From Alphaproteobacteria bacterium (GTDB lineage: Bacteria; Pseudomonadota; Alphaproteobacteria; UBA828), in NCBI GenBank assembly GCA_965214705.1, contig OZ243972.1:1408001-1472000 (forward strand): 64,000 nucleotides of DNA, given 5' to 3'. Of this stretch, positions 20,435-31,120 are shown piece by piece (the first letter of the stretch is position 1; the number at the start of each line of letters is the position of its first letter). The notes beneath the pieces are model-generated. The model searched no databases. It worked only from the letters and a program-made list of their open reading frames with translations, and was not told the origin of the DNA. The position numbers were made by a program, and so were the translations under genes.

Positions 20435-21103
20435 CTATTCTTCTGCGTCCCCGATAGGCGCCTCGACACGTGCCCGGATGTCGCGCAACAGACCGTCGAT
20501 GCCCTTGCGGTTGATGACCGAACTGAACTCAACCCGGTGGGTGAGCAGCATGCTGATGCCCTCGACGTAGAGGTCCACGACCTTGTGGGTCCCGTCCCTC
20601 GTGCGTACGCGGAAATCGAGTTCCACAGGATCGGCGCCGGAGGGCCGGGCGACCCGCGCGCGGACGATCGTGTCGCCGCTCTCGTCTGCGATGGCGGAGC
20701 GCACCGTGAACTGCTCGCCCCCGTAGGAATAGGAATCGAACCGGCTCGCGTACACGCGTGCGAGGAAGTCGAGAAAGATCGCCGAGAATTCCGCTCGCTG
20801 CTCATCGGTTGCCGACTTCCAGTGCCTCCCGATCACGAAGCGGGTGACGAGCGGAACGTCGAAGCCCCGGACCATCACGTCACGGAACGCGGCCTCGCGC
20901 TCCGCAAACGTGCTGTTGTCCTTGTTCCCGAGGATGGCCACGACGTCGTCGCCGACACCTTGGACGAACGCGATCGCCGGGTCGTCGGATGCGGCCACTC
21001 GCTGTCCCCCGACTGCAACCACGAGGGCGGCAATCAAGGCGGTGGCCATCAGGATGCGTCGAGACAGGCCACTGTGTCTCTTCGGGTCCGATGTCGTCAA
21101 CAT
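20435..21103 (-). CDS. MlaC/Ttg2D phospholipid-binding protein
   Basis: FDVPLVTRFVIGRHWK, KVVDLYVEGISML, GIDGL; Tat-like SRR motif; start taken at ATG 21103. Confidence 0.85.
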   Translation of the reverse strand: MLTTSDPKRHSGLSRRILMATALIAALVVAVGGQRVAASDDPAIAFVQGVGDDVVAILGNKDNSTFAEREAAFRDVMVRGFDVPLVTRFVIGRHWKSATDEQRAEFSAIFLDFLARVYASRFDSYSYGGEQFTVRSAIADESGDTIVRARVARPSGADPVELDFRVRTRDGTHKVVDLYVEGISMLLTHRVEFSSVINRKGIDGLLRDIRARVEAPIGDAEE

Positions 21104-21333
21104 TGTTGGCGTCCAATCCCGATAAACGTGTGGAGAGTGCCAAAGCCTCGTAGATATCACAAAGACGGTCTCAAGGAGGACCCGACCGCATCCGGCAAGG
21201 CAGTCAGGATTGCTGCTGTCCAACGAAGACGCGACAGACCTCTCCGGCCGGTCGGCGTTCTCGTGTTAATTCCAGTTTCTGCACTGCCAACCGAGCATTT
21301 TGGATCGACAAGTCCGGTCGGTTTGGGCTGCAG

Positions 21334-22419
21334 CTAATTGCGGCCATGTTGGTCGTCGGGTGGATAGAACTGTCTGCAATAGCGCCGATATCTGCCGATG
21401 GGGCCGTCGGAGCGGCACAAGCGGGGATGAGACCGGTAGCTCTTTCGGCTCCAAATCTCGACATCCTGGAGAACATCATGCTCCTGCACAGAAATCAGGA
21501 TCTTGTTCATGATCCTGGTGCGCAGCTTCACAGGCAAGAATCCGAGGCCAGAAATCAGGCGCTTGGGCTTTCGTATTTCCCGGGTCTGTCCGACCAGAAC
21601 CAGATCAATCAACGTGCCGTCAATCGGCGTCGCTAAAACCCACAGGCGAGTGTCTATGCCGATGGTGCGCTCGTGGATATCGACAAACGAATAACCCAGC
21701 CCATGAACGTAGGCGGTGGCGGAAACGTCGTAAGTGAGGTCGGCGACGCCGGCGATGCGCTGGCGACGCTTGAAGTCGAAACGACTCACGAGGCACGAGC
21801 CGTCCACCGTCGCCGTTCCGACGGCTTTCACGTTGTCGTAGCCATGCACATAACGCAAGTGACCCAAGTCTACTGAGTTTTCCGACGTCTCCTGCGGGTG
21901 ACCGGGAAATCGGAGAGTCCGGATTTCCAGGTTGCTCCACTTACCTGCAGTCGATGGCTCTTCAGGAAGGCTCCATTGCGGCGGGCGTCTATCGATACCC
22001 CACCATGCAAAGACGAGGCCAAGAATTTCCCGCGTGTGGAAGACGTTCAGCCTCACGGATTTGGGGGACTCAGCAAAAGGCGTTGCAACGCAGGTGCCGG
22101 CGACATCGTAGGTGAAGCCGTGAAAGGGACAGACCAGATGGCCGTCGCGCACGCGTCCGCCCGCTTCAGGACCCAAGGAGGAGCCCAGGTGAGGGCACAC
22201 CGACTCGGCAACGCAAGTGGTCCCCTCATCGTTGGACCAAGCAACAATATTCGTTCCGAGCCACTGCCTTTGGATTAATGTCTGCTTCAATATCGAGCGG
22301 CGGTCCGCAACGAAATACCATCCCTCCGGAAACGGGTGGAGAGAGAGAACATCGCGGCCCACGCCGAAAAGGTCTTCCACGTTTTGTGGAGTTTTCTGTC
22401 TAGGCAGAGGCTGCTGCAT
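21334..22419 (-). CDS. Rieske non-heme iron oxygenase (KshA/cholesterol-7-desaturase-like)
   Basis: CPHLG and CPFHG Rieske ligands; ENSVDLGHLRYVH and QDVEIW mononuclear Fe ligands; alternative TTG start 22434. Confidence 0.85.
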   Translation of the reverse strand: MQQPLPRQKTPQNVEDLFGVGRDVLSLHPFPEGWYFVADRRSILKQTLIQRQWLGTNIVAWSNDEGTTCVAESVCPHLGSSLGPEAGGRVRDGHLVCPFHGFTYDVAGTCVATPFAESPKSVRLNVFHTREILGLVFAWWGIDRRPPQWSLPEEPSTAGKWSNLEIRTLRFPGHPQETSENSVDLGHLRYVHGYDNVKAVGTATVDGSCLVSRFDFKRRQRIAGVADLTYDVSATAYVHGLGYSFVDIHERTIGIDTRLWVLATPIDGTLIDLVLVGQTREIRKPKRLISGLGFLPVKLRTRIMNKILISVQEHDVLQDVEIWSRKSYRSHPRLCRSDGPIGRYRRYCRQFYPPDDQHGRN

Positions 22420-22613
22420 AGCAAAGTCAGTCAATCAAGAGCGCACGGCGTGCTATGTTCTTGGAGGTACAATACCCCTATCCGCGTCGCGCCCAATCAT
22501 CGTGAGTGCGCAGCACGCTGTTATCGACAGCGAGCGTCTCGCTCGGTCCATACCATAAACCATTCCTAAGTTAAGGCCATTCTCCAGGGCACCCGAGCGG
22601 TGAGAGTTGCGGG

Positions 22614-23132
22614 CTAGTAATCGGCGCGGTCGTCCACCGCGTGGCCGCGCTTCGGCACCAGCACCGTGCGCTCGTAAGTCATGAAGACGGTGCCGTCTGA
22701 CTTCTTGCCCGTCGTCTTGACCGTGACGATGCCCTGGGTGGGTCGGGAGCGCGACTCCCGCGTCTCCAGCACCTCCGATTCGGCATAGATGGTATCGCCG
22801 GCATAGACGGGCGCGGTGAGCTTGATGTCGTTCCAGCCGAGGTTGGCGATCGCCTTCTGACTGATGTCGCTCACCGACATGCCGGCGACGATCGCCAGCG
22901 TGAGCGCGCTGTTGACCAGCGGCTTGCCGAACTCGCTGTGCGAGGCGTAGTGGCTGTCGAAGTGAATCGGGTGGGTGTTCATGGTGAGCAGGGTGAAGGA
23001 GATGTTGTCGTACTCGGTGAGCGTCCGGCCCGGCCGGTGCTCGTAGACGTCGCCCACCACGAAGTCCTCGAAGTAGCGCCCGTAGGCTTCGCGATAGCGC
23101 TGCTCGGCCACCTCTTTACGCTCCACGGCCAT
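22614..23132 (-). CDS. MaoC family dehydratase
   Basis: GRYFEDF, MNTHPIHFD, ANLGW, PVYAGDT. Confidence 0.9.
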   Translation of the reverse strand: MAVERKEVAEQRYREAYGRYFEDFVVGDVYEHRPGRTLTEYDNISFTLLTMNTHPIHFDSHYASHSEFGKPLVNSALTLAIVAGMSVSDISQKAIANLGWNDIKLTAPVYAGDTIYAESEVLETRESRSRPTQGIVTVKTTGKKSDGTVFMTYERTVLVPKRGHAVDDRADY

Positions 23133-23306
23133 GGTTCGATATCTCCTGTATTGCCGCCCATTTGCCGCCGGCGCGGCGGCCGCGACCTTAGGGACTCGCC
23201 CCAACGCGGTCAACGTGGGCAGGGCGCTTGCCGCCCGGACGCCATTGACTATAGTCATGGCGCGTTTGGCGGCGGTGTACGCCGTTCACGACGAGGGAGA
23301 TGGAGA

Positions 23307-24950
23307 ATGAAGGCGTTGAGAGCCGGTTTGATCTCGGCAGGCGTGGCATTGGCCGCGCTGACCGCAGCAGATGCGTTGGCGCAAGACGGGCACGTCACAT
23401 GGCATGACGATGGGTCTGTCGACCTCATCATGGAGGATGGCGCCGTTATCAAGACCTCGCGGGATGAGCTGGGCTCCCTGTTCGGGCCTGGTGAGAAACC
23501 TTTCGAAGGCACCACGATCACGGTGCTGACCCTTGATTCGGGGCCGCGCGGCGGCATCTCGGGGCCCATTTTCAGCTTCCGGCCCATCTGGGAAGAGCTT
23601 TCCGGCGGCAAGCTGGAGATCGCGTTGACTCCGATCACCGACCTCTACGCGAAGATGATGCTCGACCTGCGCCAGGGCACGGGCCTCTATGACGGAATCA
23701 TCGTCGGCGCCTTCTTCTATGGCGATCTGGTGGCCGGCGACTACATGCTCCCGATTGAGGAATTCATGGAGAGCGGCGAGCATCCGCAGTGGACCTACGA
23801 TTCCATGCCGGACTCGCTGAAGACCCTGCACACCTGGGGGGACACCGGCTACGGCGTGCTCAACGACGCCGACGGCCAGGTGCTCTACTACCGCCGCGAC
23901 GTGCTCAACGACCCCGAGCATCAGGCGGCATTCAAGGCGGAGAAGGGCTACGACATGCCGGTTCCGCCCAAGACCTGGCAGCAGCTCCTCGACATCTCGC
24001 AGTATTTCGACGGCAAGAACTGGGATGCCAACGACGACGAGCCCGATAGCGGTACCGTGCTCCACCTCAAGGTGGGCGAGCAGGGGCACTATCACTTCCA
24101 GTCGCTGTCTGCGTCCTTCGCCATGACGCCAGGCGAGGCAGTCACCCAGTATCAAAACGTCTACTGGTTCGACCCCACCGACATGACCCCGCTGATCGAC
24201 AGCCCCGGTCACGTCGCGGCGCTCGAGTTCCTGCAAGAGCTGCACAAGACGGGGCCGGAGGCGCAGGTGGGCTGGAGCCTCGGCGAGGCGTGGGACTACT
24301 TCCTGCGCGGCAAGTCGGTGTTCGTGTTCAGCTGGGGCGATGTTGGCTCGCTTTGCCAGGATGAATCGCGGTCCAAGATCAAGGGGATCTGCGGTTCGGC
24401 ACTCATGCCCAGCTCGGACAAGTACTGGGATCATGAGAATGGCACCTGGGTCGAGACCGATGACCCGCAGCCTGTTGGCAACACCACCGGCGGCTCGTGG
24501 CACGGCGTGATCTCGGCGTTCTCCGAGAACCCGGATGCCGCCTACTCGTTCCTCTCGCTGATGGCGATCAAGCCGTCGTCGAACTGGGGCGCGTATCACG
24601 GCTGGACCGGTGTCGATCCGGGGTACTACTACCAGTTCCTGGAGCCGCTGGGCGAGGCGAAGATCGAGGACTACGTGGCCGCAGGCTGGCATCCCGACGA
24701 TGTCGCCGAGTACACGCAGGCCTACTACGACAACTTCACCGCGCCGACGATCCTCACCTATCTGAGGATCGAGGGTGCGCCCGAGTACTGGGACATCATG
24801 GACAAGAACCTGTCGGCGGCCATGAGCGACCAGAAGACGGCGGCCGAGGCTCTTTCCGATACCGCAGCGACCTGGGAAGAGATCACGGACCGTCTTGGCC
24901 GTGACAAGATTCTCAAGCAGTATCAGGAAGCGATCGGCTACGGCGGATAG
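23307..24950 (+). CDS. carbohydrate-type ABC transporter substrate-binding protein
   Basis: ATG 23307 with signal peptide; LYYRRD, VPPKTWQ, GGSWHG; first gene of ABC operon. Confidence 0.85.
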   Translation: MKALRAGLISAGVALAALTAADALAQDGHVTWHDDGSVDLIMEDGAVIKTSRDELGSLFGPGEKPFEGTTITVLTLDSGPRGGISGPIFSFRPIWEELSGGKLEIALTPITDLYAKMMLDLRQGTGLYDGIIVGAFFYGDLVAGDYMLPIEEFMESGEHPQWTYDSMPDSLKTLHTWGDTGYGVLNDADGQVLYYRRDVLNDPEHQAAFKAEKGYDMPVPPKTWQQLLDISQYFDGKNWDANDDEPDSGTVLHLKVGEQGHYHFQSLSASFAMTPGEAVTQYQNVYWFDPTDMTPLIDSPGHVAALEFLQELHKTGPEAQVGWSLGEAWDYFLRGKSVFVFSWGDVGSLCQDESRSKIKGICGSALMPSSDKYWDHENGTWVETDDPQPVGNTTGGSWHGVISAFSENPDAAYSFLSLMAIKPSSNWGAYHGWTGVDPGYYYQFLEPLGEAKIEDYVAAGWHPDDVAEYTQAYYDNFTAPTILTYLRIEGAPEYWDIMDKNLSAAMSDQKTAAEALSDTAATWEEITDRLGRDKILKQYQEAIGYGG

Positions 24951-25047
24951 ACCGAGGCCATCCGGTAGGGTTTGCGGGGCGGTGCGCGGCTTGCCGTGCC
25001 CGCCTCGGGCCCTGCCGACTGCCGATCACGAAAATAGCTAGCCGGCC

Positions 25048-26001
25048 ATGATCCGCTGGACCAAGCCGGTCAAGTTCGTCTTTTTGCTGCCGGCCGTCTT
25101 CTGGGTGCTGGCGTTCACCGTCTTTCCGCTCGGCTACTCGCTCTACATCAGCCTTCACGATGTCGATCGCAAGGTCGTCGTCACCGGGCGCGAGAAAGTG
25201 CCGGTGCTGAACGAGGCCGGCGAGCCCGTGCTCAAGAAGAGCGGGGAGCCGCGCACCAAGACGGTGGTGCATCGCGAGCTTCAGACCAATTTCACCTGGA
25301 ACGGCTTCGCCAGTTTCATCCGCGCCTTCGGCGACGAGGAGGTGGGCTCTGCGGTGAAGGTCACCGCGATCTTCGTGTTCACGGCGGTGACCGCCGAGAT
25401 TGTGCTGGGATTCCTGCTCGCCTTCCTCTTCCACCGATACATATTCGGGCGACCCGTGCTGCGAACGATCATGATATTGCCGATCTTCGCGACTCCGATC
25501 GCGGTCGGATACCTATTCTTTACAGTGTTTTACGAGATTGGCGGCCCGCTCGAATTCATGGGAATACCATGGTTATCCCAGCCCGATTGGGCTCTCGTAT
25601 CAGTGATAATCGTCGACATATGGCAATGGACACCCTTCTGTTTCCTTGTGTTCCTCGCCGCCTTGCAATCCATCCCTGACGACCTGGTGGAATGTGCGCG
25701 ATTAGACAGCGGCTCGGCATGGGATCTCTGGCGTATCGTCGTGATTCCGATGATGCAGCCGGTCATCATCATCGTGCTGCTGCTGCGCCTGGCGGAGGCG
25801 GTTAAGCTCTTCGACATCATCGCGACGCTCACCAAGGGCGGGCCCGGCATCGCCACCCAGTCGTACAGCTATCTGGCGTTCACCCGCGGCTTCAAGCTCA
25901 ACGACTTCGGCTACGCCTCGGCCATGGCCTACCTGCTGCTGATCGTGGTGATGATCGTGGTCACGCTCTTCTTCCGCCGCCTGAGGCAAACTTATGCTTA
26001 G
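25048..26001 (+). CDS. carbohydrate ABC permease 1
   Basis: DIWQWTPF, degenerate EAA loop (ECARLDSG), TKGGPG, GYASA. Confidence 0.9.
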   Translation: MIRWTKPVKFVFLLPAVFWVLAFTVFPLGYSLYISLHDVDRKVVVTGREKVPVLNEAGEPVLKKSGEPRTKTVVHRELQTNFTWNGFASFIRAFGDEEVGSAVKVTAIFVFTAVTAEIVLGFLLAFLFHRYIFGRPVLRTIMILPIFATPIAVGYLFFTVFYEIGGPLEFMGIPWLSQPDWALVSVIIVDIWQWTPFCFLVFLAALQSIPDDLVECARLDSGSAWDLWRIVVIPMMQPVIIIVLLLRLAEAVKLFDIIATLTKGGPGIATQSYSYLAFTRGFKLNDFGYASAMAYLLLIVVMIVVTLFFRRLRQTYA

Positions 26002-26902
26002 CGGGCTGGGCAAGTCGCTGTTCGGGCAGCCCGCCGGCGTCCCCCAGGCACGCGGCAAGCGCAAACGGCTGTGGTTCGCCGATGCCGGCTTCTCGATCAT
26101 TGCGATTTTCGTCGCGCTGATCTTCTTCTTCCCGATCTACTGGGCGGTCTCCAACAGCCTGCGCGCACCGGCGGACACCTTCACGGTGGCCGGCCTCGGC
26201 GTCCCGTTCATCGACTTCACGCCCACGCTCGAGAACTGGATCTCCCAGATCTCGACGCCGGAGGCCTACAACGCCTTCGGCAACAGCCTGATCATCTCCG
26301 TCTGCTCGGTGTTGATCGCGCTCGTCCTCGGCCTGCCCGCGGCCTATGCGCTGGCGCGCTTCCGCTTCAAGCGCATCAAGAACAAGGACCTCACGATCTG
26401 GTTCCTGTCGCAGCGGGTGCTGCCGCCGGTAGCGACGGCGGTGCCCTTCTTCATCGTCTTCTCCTCGCTCGACATGCTGGACACCCACGCCGCGCTGATC
26501 CTGGTCAACGCCACCTTCATCCTGCCCTTCGTGGTGGTGATCGTGCGTCAGACCTTCCAGGACCTGCCGATCGAGCTGGAGGAGGCGGCGCTGGTGGACG
26601 GCGGCTCGCACTTCGTCGCGTTCTTCCGGGTCGCAATCCCGCTCGCGCTGCCGGCGATTGCGGCGTCCGCGCTCATTATGTTCGCGTTCGCGTGGAACGA
26701 GTATCTCTTCGCGGTGATTCTCACCATCAAGGAATCGGCGACCATGCCGGTCCACATTGCGGGCGGCGTGGATTCGCGCGGCGTGCAGTTCTGGTTCGTG
26801 GCTGTGCGCTCGCTCATCGCCATGGTCCCGCCGGTGTTGATCGCGCTCTTCGCGCAGCGTTACATCGTGCGCGGGCTCACCCTCGGCGCGGTCAAGGGAT
26901 AA
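25994..26902 (+). CDS. carbohydrate ABC permease 2
   Basis: EEAALVDG, AWNEYLFA, GLTLGAVKG. Confidence 0.93.
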   Translation: MLSGLGKSLFGQPAGVPQARGKRKRLWFADAGFSIIAIFVALIFFFPIYWAVSNSLRAPADTFTVAGLGVPFIDFTPTLENWISQISTPEAYNAFGNSLIISVCSVLIALVLGLPAAYALARFRFKRIKNKDLTIWFLSQRVLPPVATAVPFFIVFSSLDMLDTHAALILVNATFILPFVVVIVRQTFQDLPIELEEAALVDGGSHFVAFFRVAIPLALPAIAASALIMFAFAWNEYLFAVILTIKESATMPVHIAGGVDSRGVQFWFVAVRSLIAMVPPVLIALFAQRYIVRGLTLGAVKG

Positions 26903-26918
26903 GCGGAGAAGACAAGCC

Positions 26919-27995
<1,077 letters not shown>

Positions 27996-28017
27996 TAGCC
28001 GCCCGTGGCGGCCTTAA

Positions 28018-28281
28018 CCCGCATTTCTCACCAAGGTCATGGTCTGCGCGGCGCTGTCCGGCCGACAGGGTAGGAGCGGCGCGCAGCGCGATGCGGGGAC
28101 ATCGGACAAGCGGCGTGACGCACGCTGTCGGCCGGAGAGAGCCGCCCTTCGGGTCGCGCCCAGGCGCCCGCCCGCGGCGTCGCGGGCCTCAACCGTATTC
28201 CCTGATACGCTTTTTGGCCCGCTCCTGGCGGATCTAACGCCTGGGCGCGACGCAGGCCGTGACCCTGGTGAGAAATGCGGG
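28018..28281. mobile_element. MITE-like element (~264 bp) flanked by TTAA
   Basis: ~37-bp imperfect TIR, first 16 bp CCCGCATTTCTCACCA perfect; TTAA at 28014-28017 and 28282-28285; nested internal hairpins. Confidence 0.8.
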
Positions 28282-28749
28282 TTAATGGTCGTGGTCGCCG
28301 CCCCGGACCTCGACCGCCACCCCGGTCGTGATGGCGCCTGAGCGCTCGAAGGTGAAGGTGACCGGGATGGTTTCCTCCGCCATCAGCATGAACTTGAGAC
28401 CGACCAGCATGACGTGAAGGCCGCCGGGCGCGAGCGCCACCGAGCCGCCCGCCGGCACGACGACGCCCTCCACCGCCTCCATGCGGTGGACGCCCTCTTC
28501 CATCGTGCTCCGGTGAAGCTCGACCTTCGTGGCCAGCGGCGTGCTGACGGCGACGAGGCGGTCGTCGGCCGTGCCCCGGTTGTGGATGTCGAGATAGATC
28601 ACGCCGTTATGCCCCTGCGCCGCCGGCCGCGACCAGGGATGGACGATGGTGATGTCGCCGGTCTTCTCCTCGTGCGCCTGCGCCGGCACCGCCGTGCCGA
28701 GAACGGCCAGCACGCCGAGCGCGGCGGCAAGAACCCTCAACCGAACCAT
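28282..28749 (-). CDS. PCu(A)C copper chaperone
   Basis: Signal peptide; ELH..M and PGGLHVML motifs; ends DHDH. Confidence 0.9.
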   Translation of the reverse strand: MVRLRVLAAALGVLAVLGTAVPAQAHEEKTGDITIVHPWSRPAAQGHNGVIYLDIHNRGTADDRLVAVSTPLATKVELHRSTMEEGVHRMEAVEGVVVPAGGSVALAPGGLHVMLVGLKFMLMAEETIPVTFTFERSGAITTGVAVEVRGGDHDH

Positions 28750-28801
28750 CCCGTTTCTCCTCGTTCGCCGTGAGGCATTAGACACCTGAAGCCGGCCCCG
28801 G

Positions 28802-29815
28802 TCACGGCTCGACAATCGGCGCGGCCTCGATGTCGGGCACGAGGCCCTGCGCCAGCGTCTCGCCGGGCACCTCGATGCGCTCGGCGGGGATTGCGAGGCG
28901 CCAGTCGTGATCGACCGGGACGAGCCGGGTGAGCCAGTCCTTGCCCAGCGTGGGCTTCCCGATGAGCCGGGCACCGGCGTAGCGGCGCAGGAGCGCCGCC
29001 AGCACCTCGGCGCTGCTCGCCGTGCCGGGGCCGATCAGCACGTCGATCTCGAACTCGCCGATGGCGCGGAGCGGCGCGGGCAACGCCACATCGCTCGCGC
29101 CCTCGCGGCCGAGCAGGCGGATCGCGCCCTCCATCGGCCCCGTGAAGAGGCTCGCGACCCGTCGCATCCGGTCGAAGTCGCCGCCGGCATTGGCGCGGAG
29201 ATCGAGCACCAGCCACGCCGGTGCTGCGAGCGCATGGGCGGCCACGGCATCGGCGATCTCGCGATCGGCGGTGCGGCCGAAGCGGTCGAGCACCAGGGCG
29301 AGCGCCCCATCGCTGCGCTGCTCGACCGCGCTGACCGAGGGGACCGTGTGGGCGCGCCGGATCGTGTCGGTATCCGGGTGGTTCACCGGGACCAGGCGGG
29401 CTGCCGGCAGGCTGTCCGCGATGAGCTGCGCGGCGCATCGCGTCCCGTCCGCCGGGCAGCGCCGCTCGATTTCCGCGCCGAGCGCTGCGGGAAGCGCCGC
29501 ATGACGTGCGACGGCGCCGAGCAGGCGGTCGCGCGGCGCGACCGACGACGCCTCGGCAGCGATCGAGGCGCCCAGCGCCGCGAGAGCCAGAGTCCCGGTG
29601 GCGATGCGAAAGGAAGCGGTCGTCGCGGTCCCCGGAACTCGTTTCGAACTTACCGGTTCAGAGCGGCCCCAACTGTTCCCACCTCCCCCTGTCCCCCTCC
29701 CCCCAAAGGGCGGAGGGGGGACGAAATGTGCACCGCCCGTTCTCCCTCTCCTCCCCGTTGGGGAGGAGAGGGCTGGGGTGAGGAGGGGAATCCTGGGCCG
29801 CACCGCGTGCGACAC
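28802..29815 (-). CDS. S41 family peptidase (start uncertain)
   Basis: LDLRANAGG, TASSAEV, IGKPTLGK, GLVPD; no ATG near the hydrophobic N-terminus, nearest in-frame GTGs are 29803 and 29815. Confidence 0.7.
   Translation of the reverse strand: MSHAVRPRIPLLTPALSSPTGRRGRTGGAHFVPPPPFGGRGTGGGGNSWGRSEPVSSKRVPGTATTASFRIATGTLALAALGASIAAEASSVAPRDRLLGAVARHAALPAALGAEIERRCPADGTRCAAQLIADSLPAARLVPVNHPDTDTIRRAHTVPSVSAVEQRSDGALALVLDRFGRTADREIADAVAAHALAAPAWLVLDLRANAGGDFDRMRRVASLFTGPMEGAIRLLGREGASDVALPAPLRAIGEFEIDVLIGPGTASSAEVLAALLRRYAGARLIGKPTLGKDWLTRLVPVDHDWRLAIPAERIEVPGETLAQGLVPDIEAAPIVEP
29676..29790. repeat. BoxC/RPE-like bipartite palindromic element
   Basis: Hairpins at 29691-29722 and CCCTCTCCTCCCC-GTT-GGGGAGGAGAGGG (29744-29772), followed by GGCTGGGGTGAGG. 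Confidence 0.75.
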
Positions 29816-29865
29816 AAGGACCGTGCGCCAAACGGGTACGACCCCGTTCGCGCGGCTAGTGGTCC

Positions 29866-31023
29866 TTAGTGGCAGTAGTTGACTGCGCCGGCGATGTGCG
29901 CGCCCCAGGGCTCCTCGCCCACGCCCTCGATCGTCGCGGTCACGGCCTTCGCCTTCACGTCGATCACGGCGACCGTATTGGCATCGCTCAGCGCGACGTA
30001 GAGCTTGGTGCCGTCCGGCGTCACCACGCCGGTCTCGGGCGTGCCCGGCAGCGCAATCTCGCCGGCCGCCTGCATGGTTTCCAGGTCGATGATCAGTGCC
30101 TTGTCGTCGCCCCGGCTGATCACGTAGGCAAGCGTATCGAACCAGCCGGTGTTGACGCCGGTCATGTCCGCCGCGCCGGGCAGCCGCGCGACCTCGTCGA
30201 GCGTTTCGGTCGAGACCACCGAGACCGTCTCGTCGCCGTTGTTGGGGACGATCATGTAGCGGCCGTCGCTGGTGGTGAACGCGCGCCAGGGCGTGTCGCC
30301 CAGCGCCAGGTCCTTGAGCGTCCGGCCCGATTCGAGATCGATCACGGCCATGCGGTCGCCCTCGCCGTAGGCCGCGAAGCCGAGGCGCCCGTCGGGCGTG
30401 GCCGTGACGTTGATAATGCCCTGGTAGGCGGTGTCGTCGTCCTCGTGGTGCGCCAGCGCGCGGTCCGGCCCGATCACGATCTCGCCCGCGACCGTCGCCT
30501 GCGGCACGTCGATCACGCTGACGAAGCTCGCTCCCAGGTTGCCGACATAGAGGCGCTCGCCCGAGGGGTCGAAGGTCATGTTGTGGGGCTCGTGCAGCCC
30601 GTCCACGCGCGCGACCTCGTGCTCGGACCCGAGCGAGACCAGCGAGACCGTGCCGTCGCCGATATTGCCGATGGCGGCCACCGCGCCGGAGGGATCGAGC
30701 TCGATGTGCTCGGGCTCGTGGCCGAGCTGGATGGTGGCCGAGGTCCTGAGCGTTGCGAGATCGATCACCGTGACGGTGTCGTCGGCGGTGTTGCTCACGA
30801 TCATCTTGCCGAGGCTCTGGGAGACCGCGACCTGGTGCGGCACCTCGCCAACCGGCACATGCGCCACCACCGCGTCGGTGCGCGTGTCGATCACCGCCAC
30901 GTCCGCCGAGGCCCGGTTGGGCACGAACACGTAGTTCGAGAGGTCGTCCAGCGCGTGCACGCTCGGCGCCGTCACGGCCAGCGCGGCGAGCGCACCGAGG
31001 CCCGCTGTCAACAGCTTGTTCAT
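29866..31023 (-). CDS. YncE/YVTN beta-propeller protein
   Basis: Signal peptide; repeated YV.N/VAVID blades (e.g. TPDGTKLYVA); ends NYCH. Confidence 0.9.
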   Translation of the reverse strand: MNKLLTAGLGALAALAVTAPSVHALDDLSNYVFVPNRASADVAVIDTRTDAVVAHVPVGEVPHQVAVSQSLGKMIVSNTADDTVTVIDLATLRTSATIQLGHEPEHIELDPSGAVAAIGNIGDGTVSLVSLGSEHEVARVDGLHEPHNMTFDPSGERLYVGNLGASFVSVIDVPQATVAGEIVIGPDRALAHHEDDDTAYQGIINVTATPDGRLGFAAYGEGDRMAVIDLESGRTLKDLALGDTPWRAFTTSDGRYMIVPNNGDETVSVVSTETLDEVARLPGAADMTGVNTGWFDTLAYVISRGDDKALIIDLETMQAAGEIALPGTPETGVVTPDGTKLYVALSDANTVAVIDVKAKAVTATIEGVGEEPWGAHIAGAVNYCH

Positions 31024-31090
31024 TCCTTCCCCTCCTTGGGTTCGCGCGGGCGGTCGCCCGCCCCGCCGCCGGCGGCATGGACAGGCCGCC

Positions 31091-31120
31091 AGAATAGAAA
31101 TCGCCGCCCGCAGGGGTCAA
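31091..31120 (-). promoter_or_regulatory. putative sigma70 promoter of the propeller-S41-PCuAC cluster
   Basis: TTGACC-18 bp-TATTCT on the minus strand, ~70 bp upstream of ATG 31023. Confidence 0.4.
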
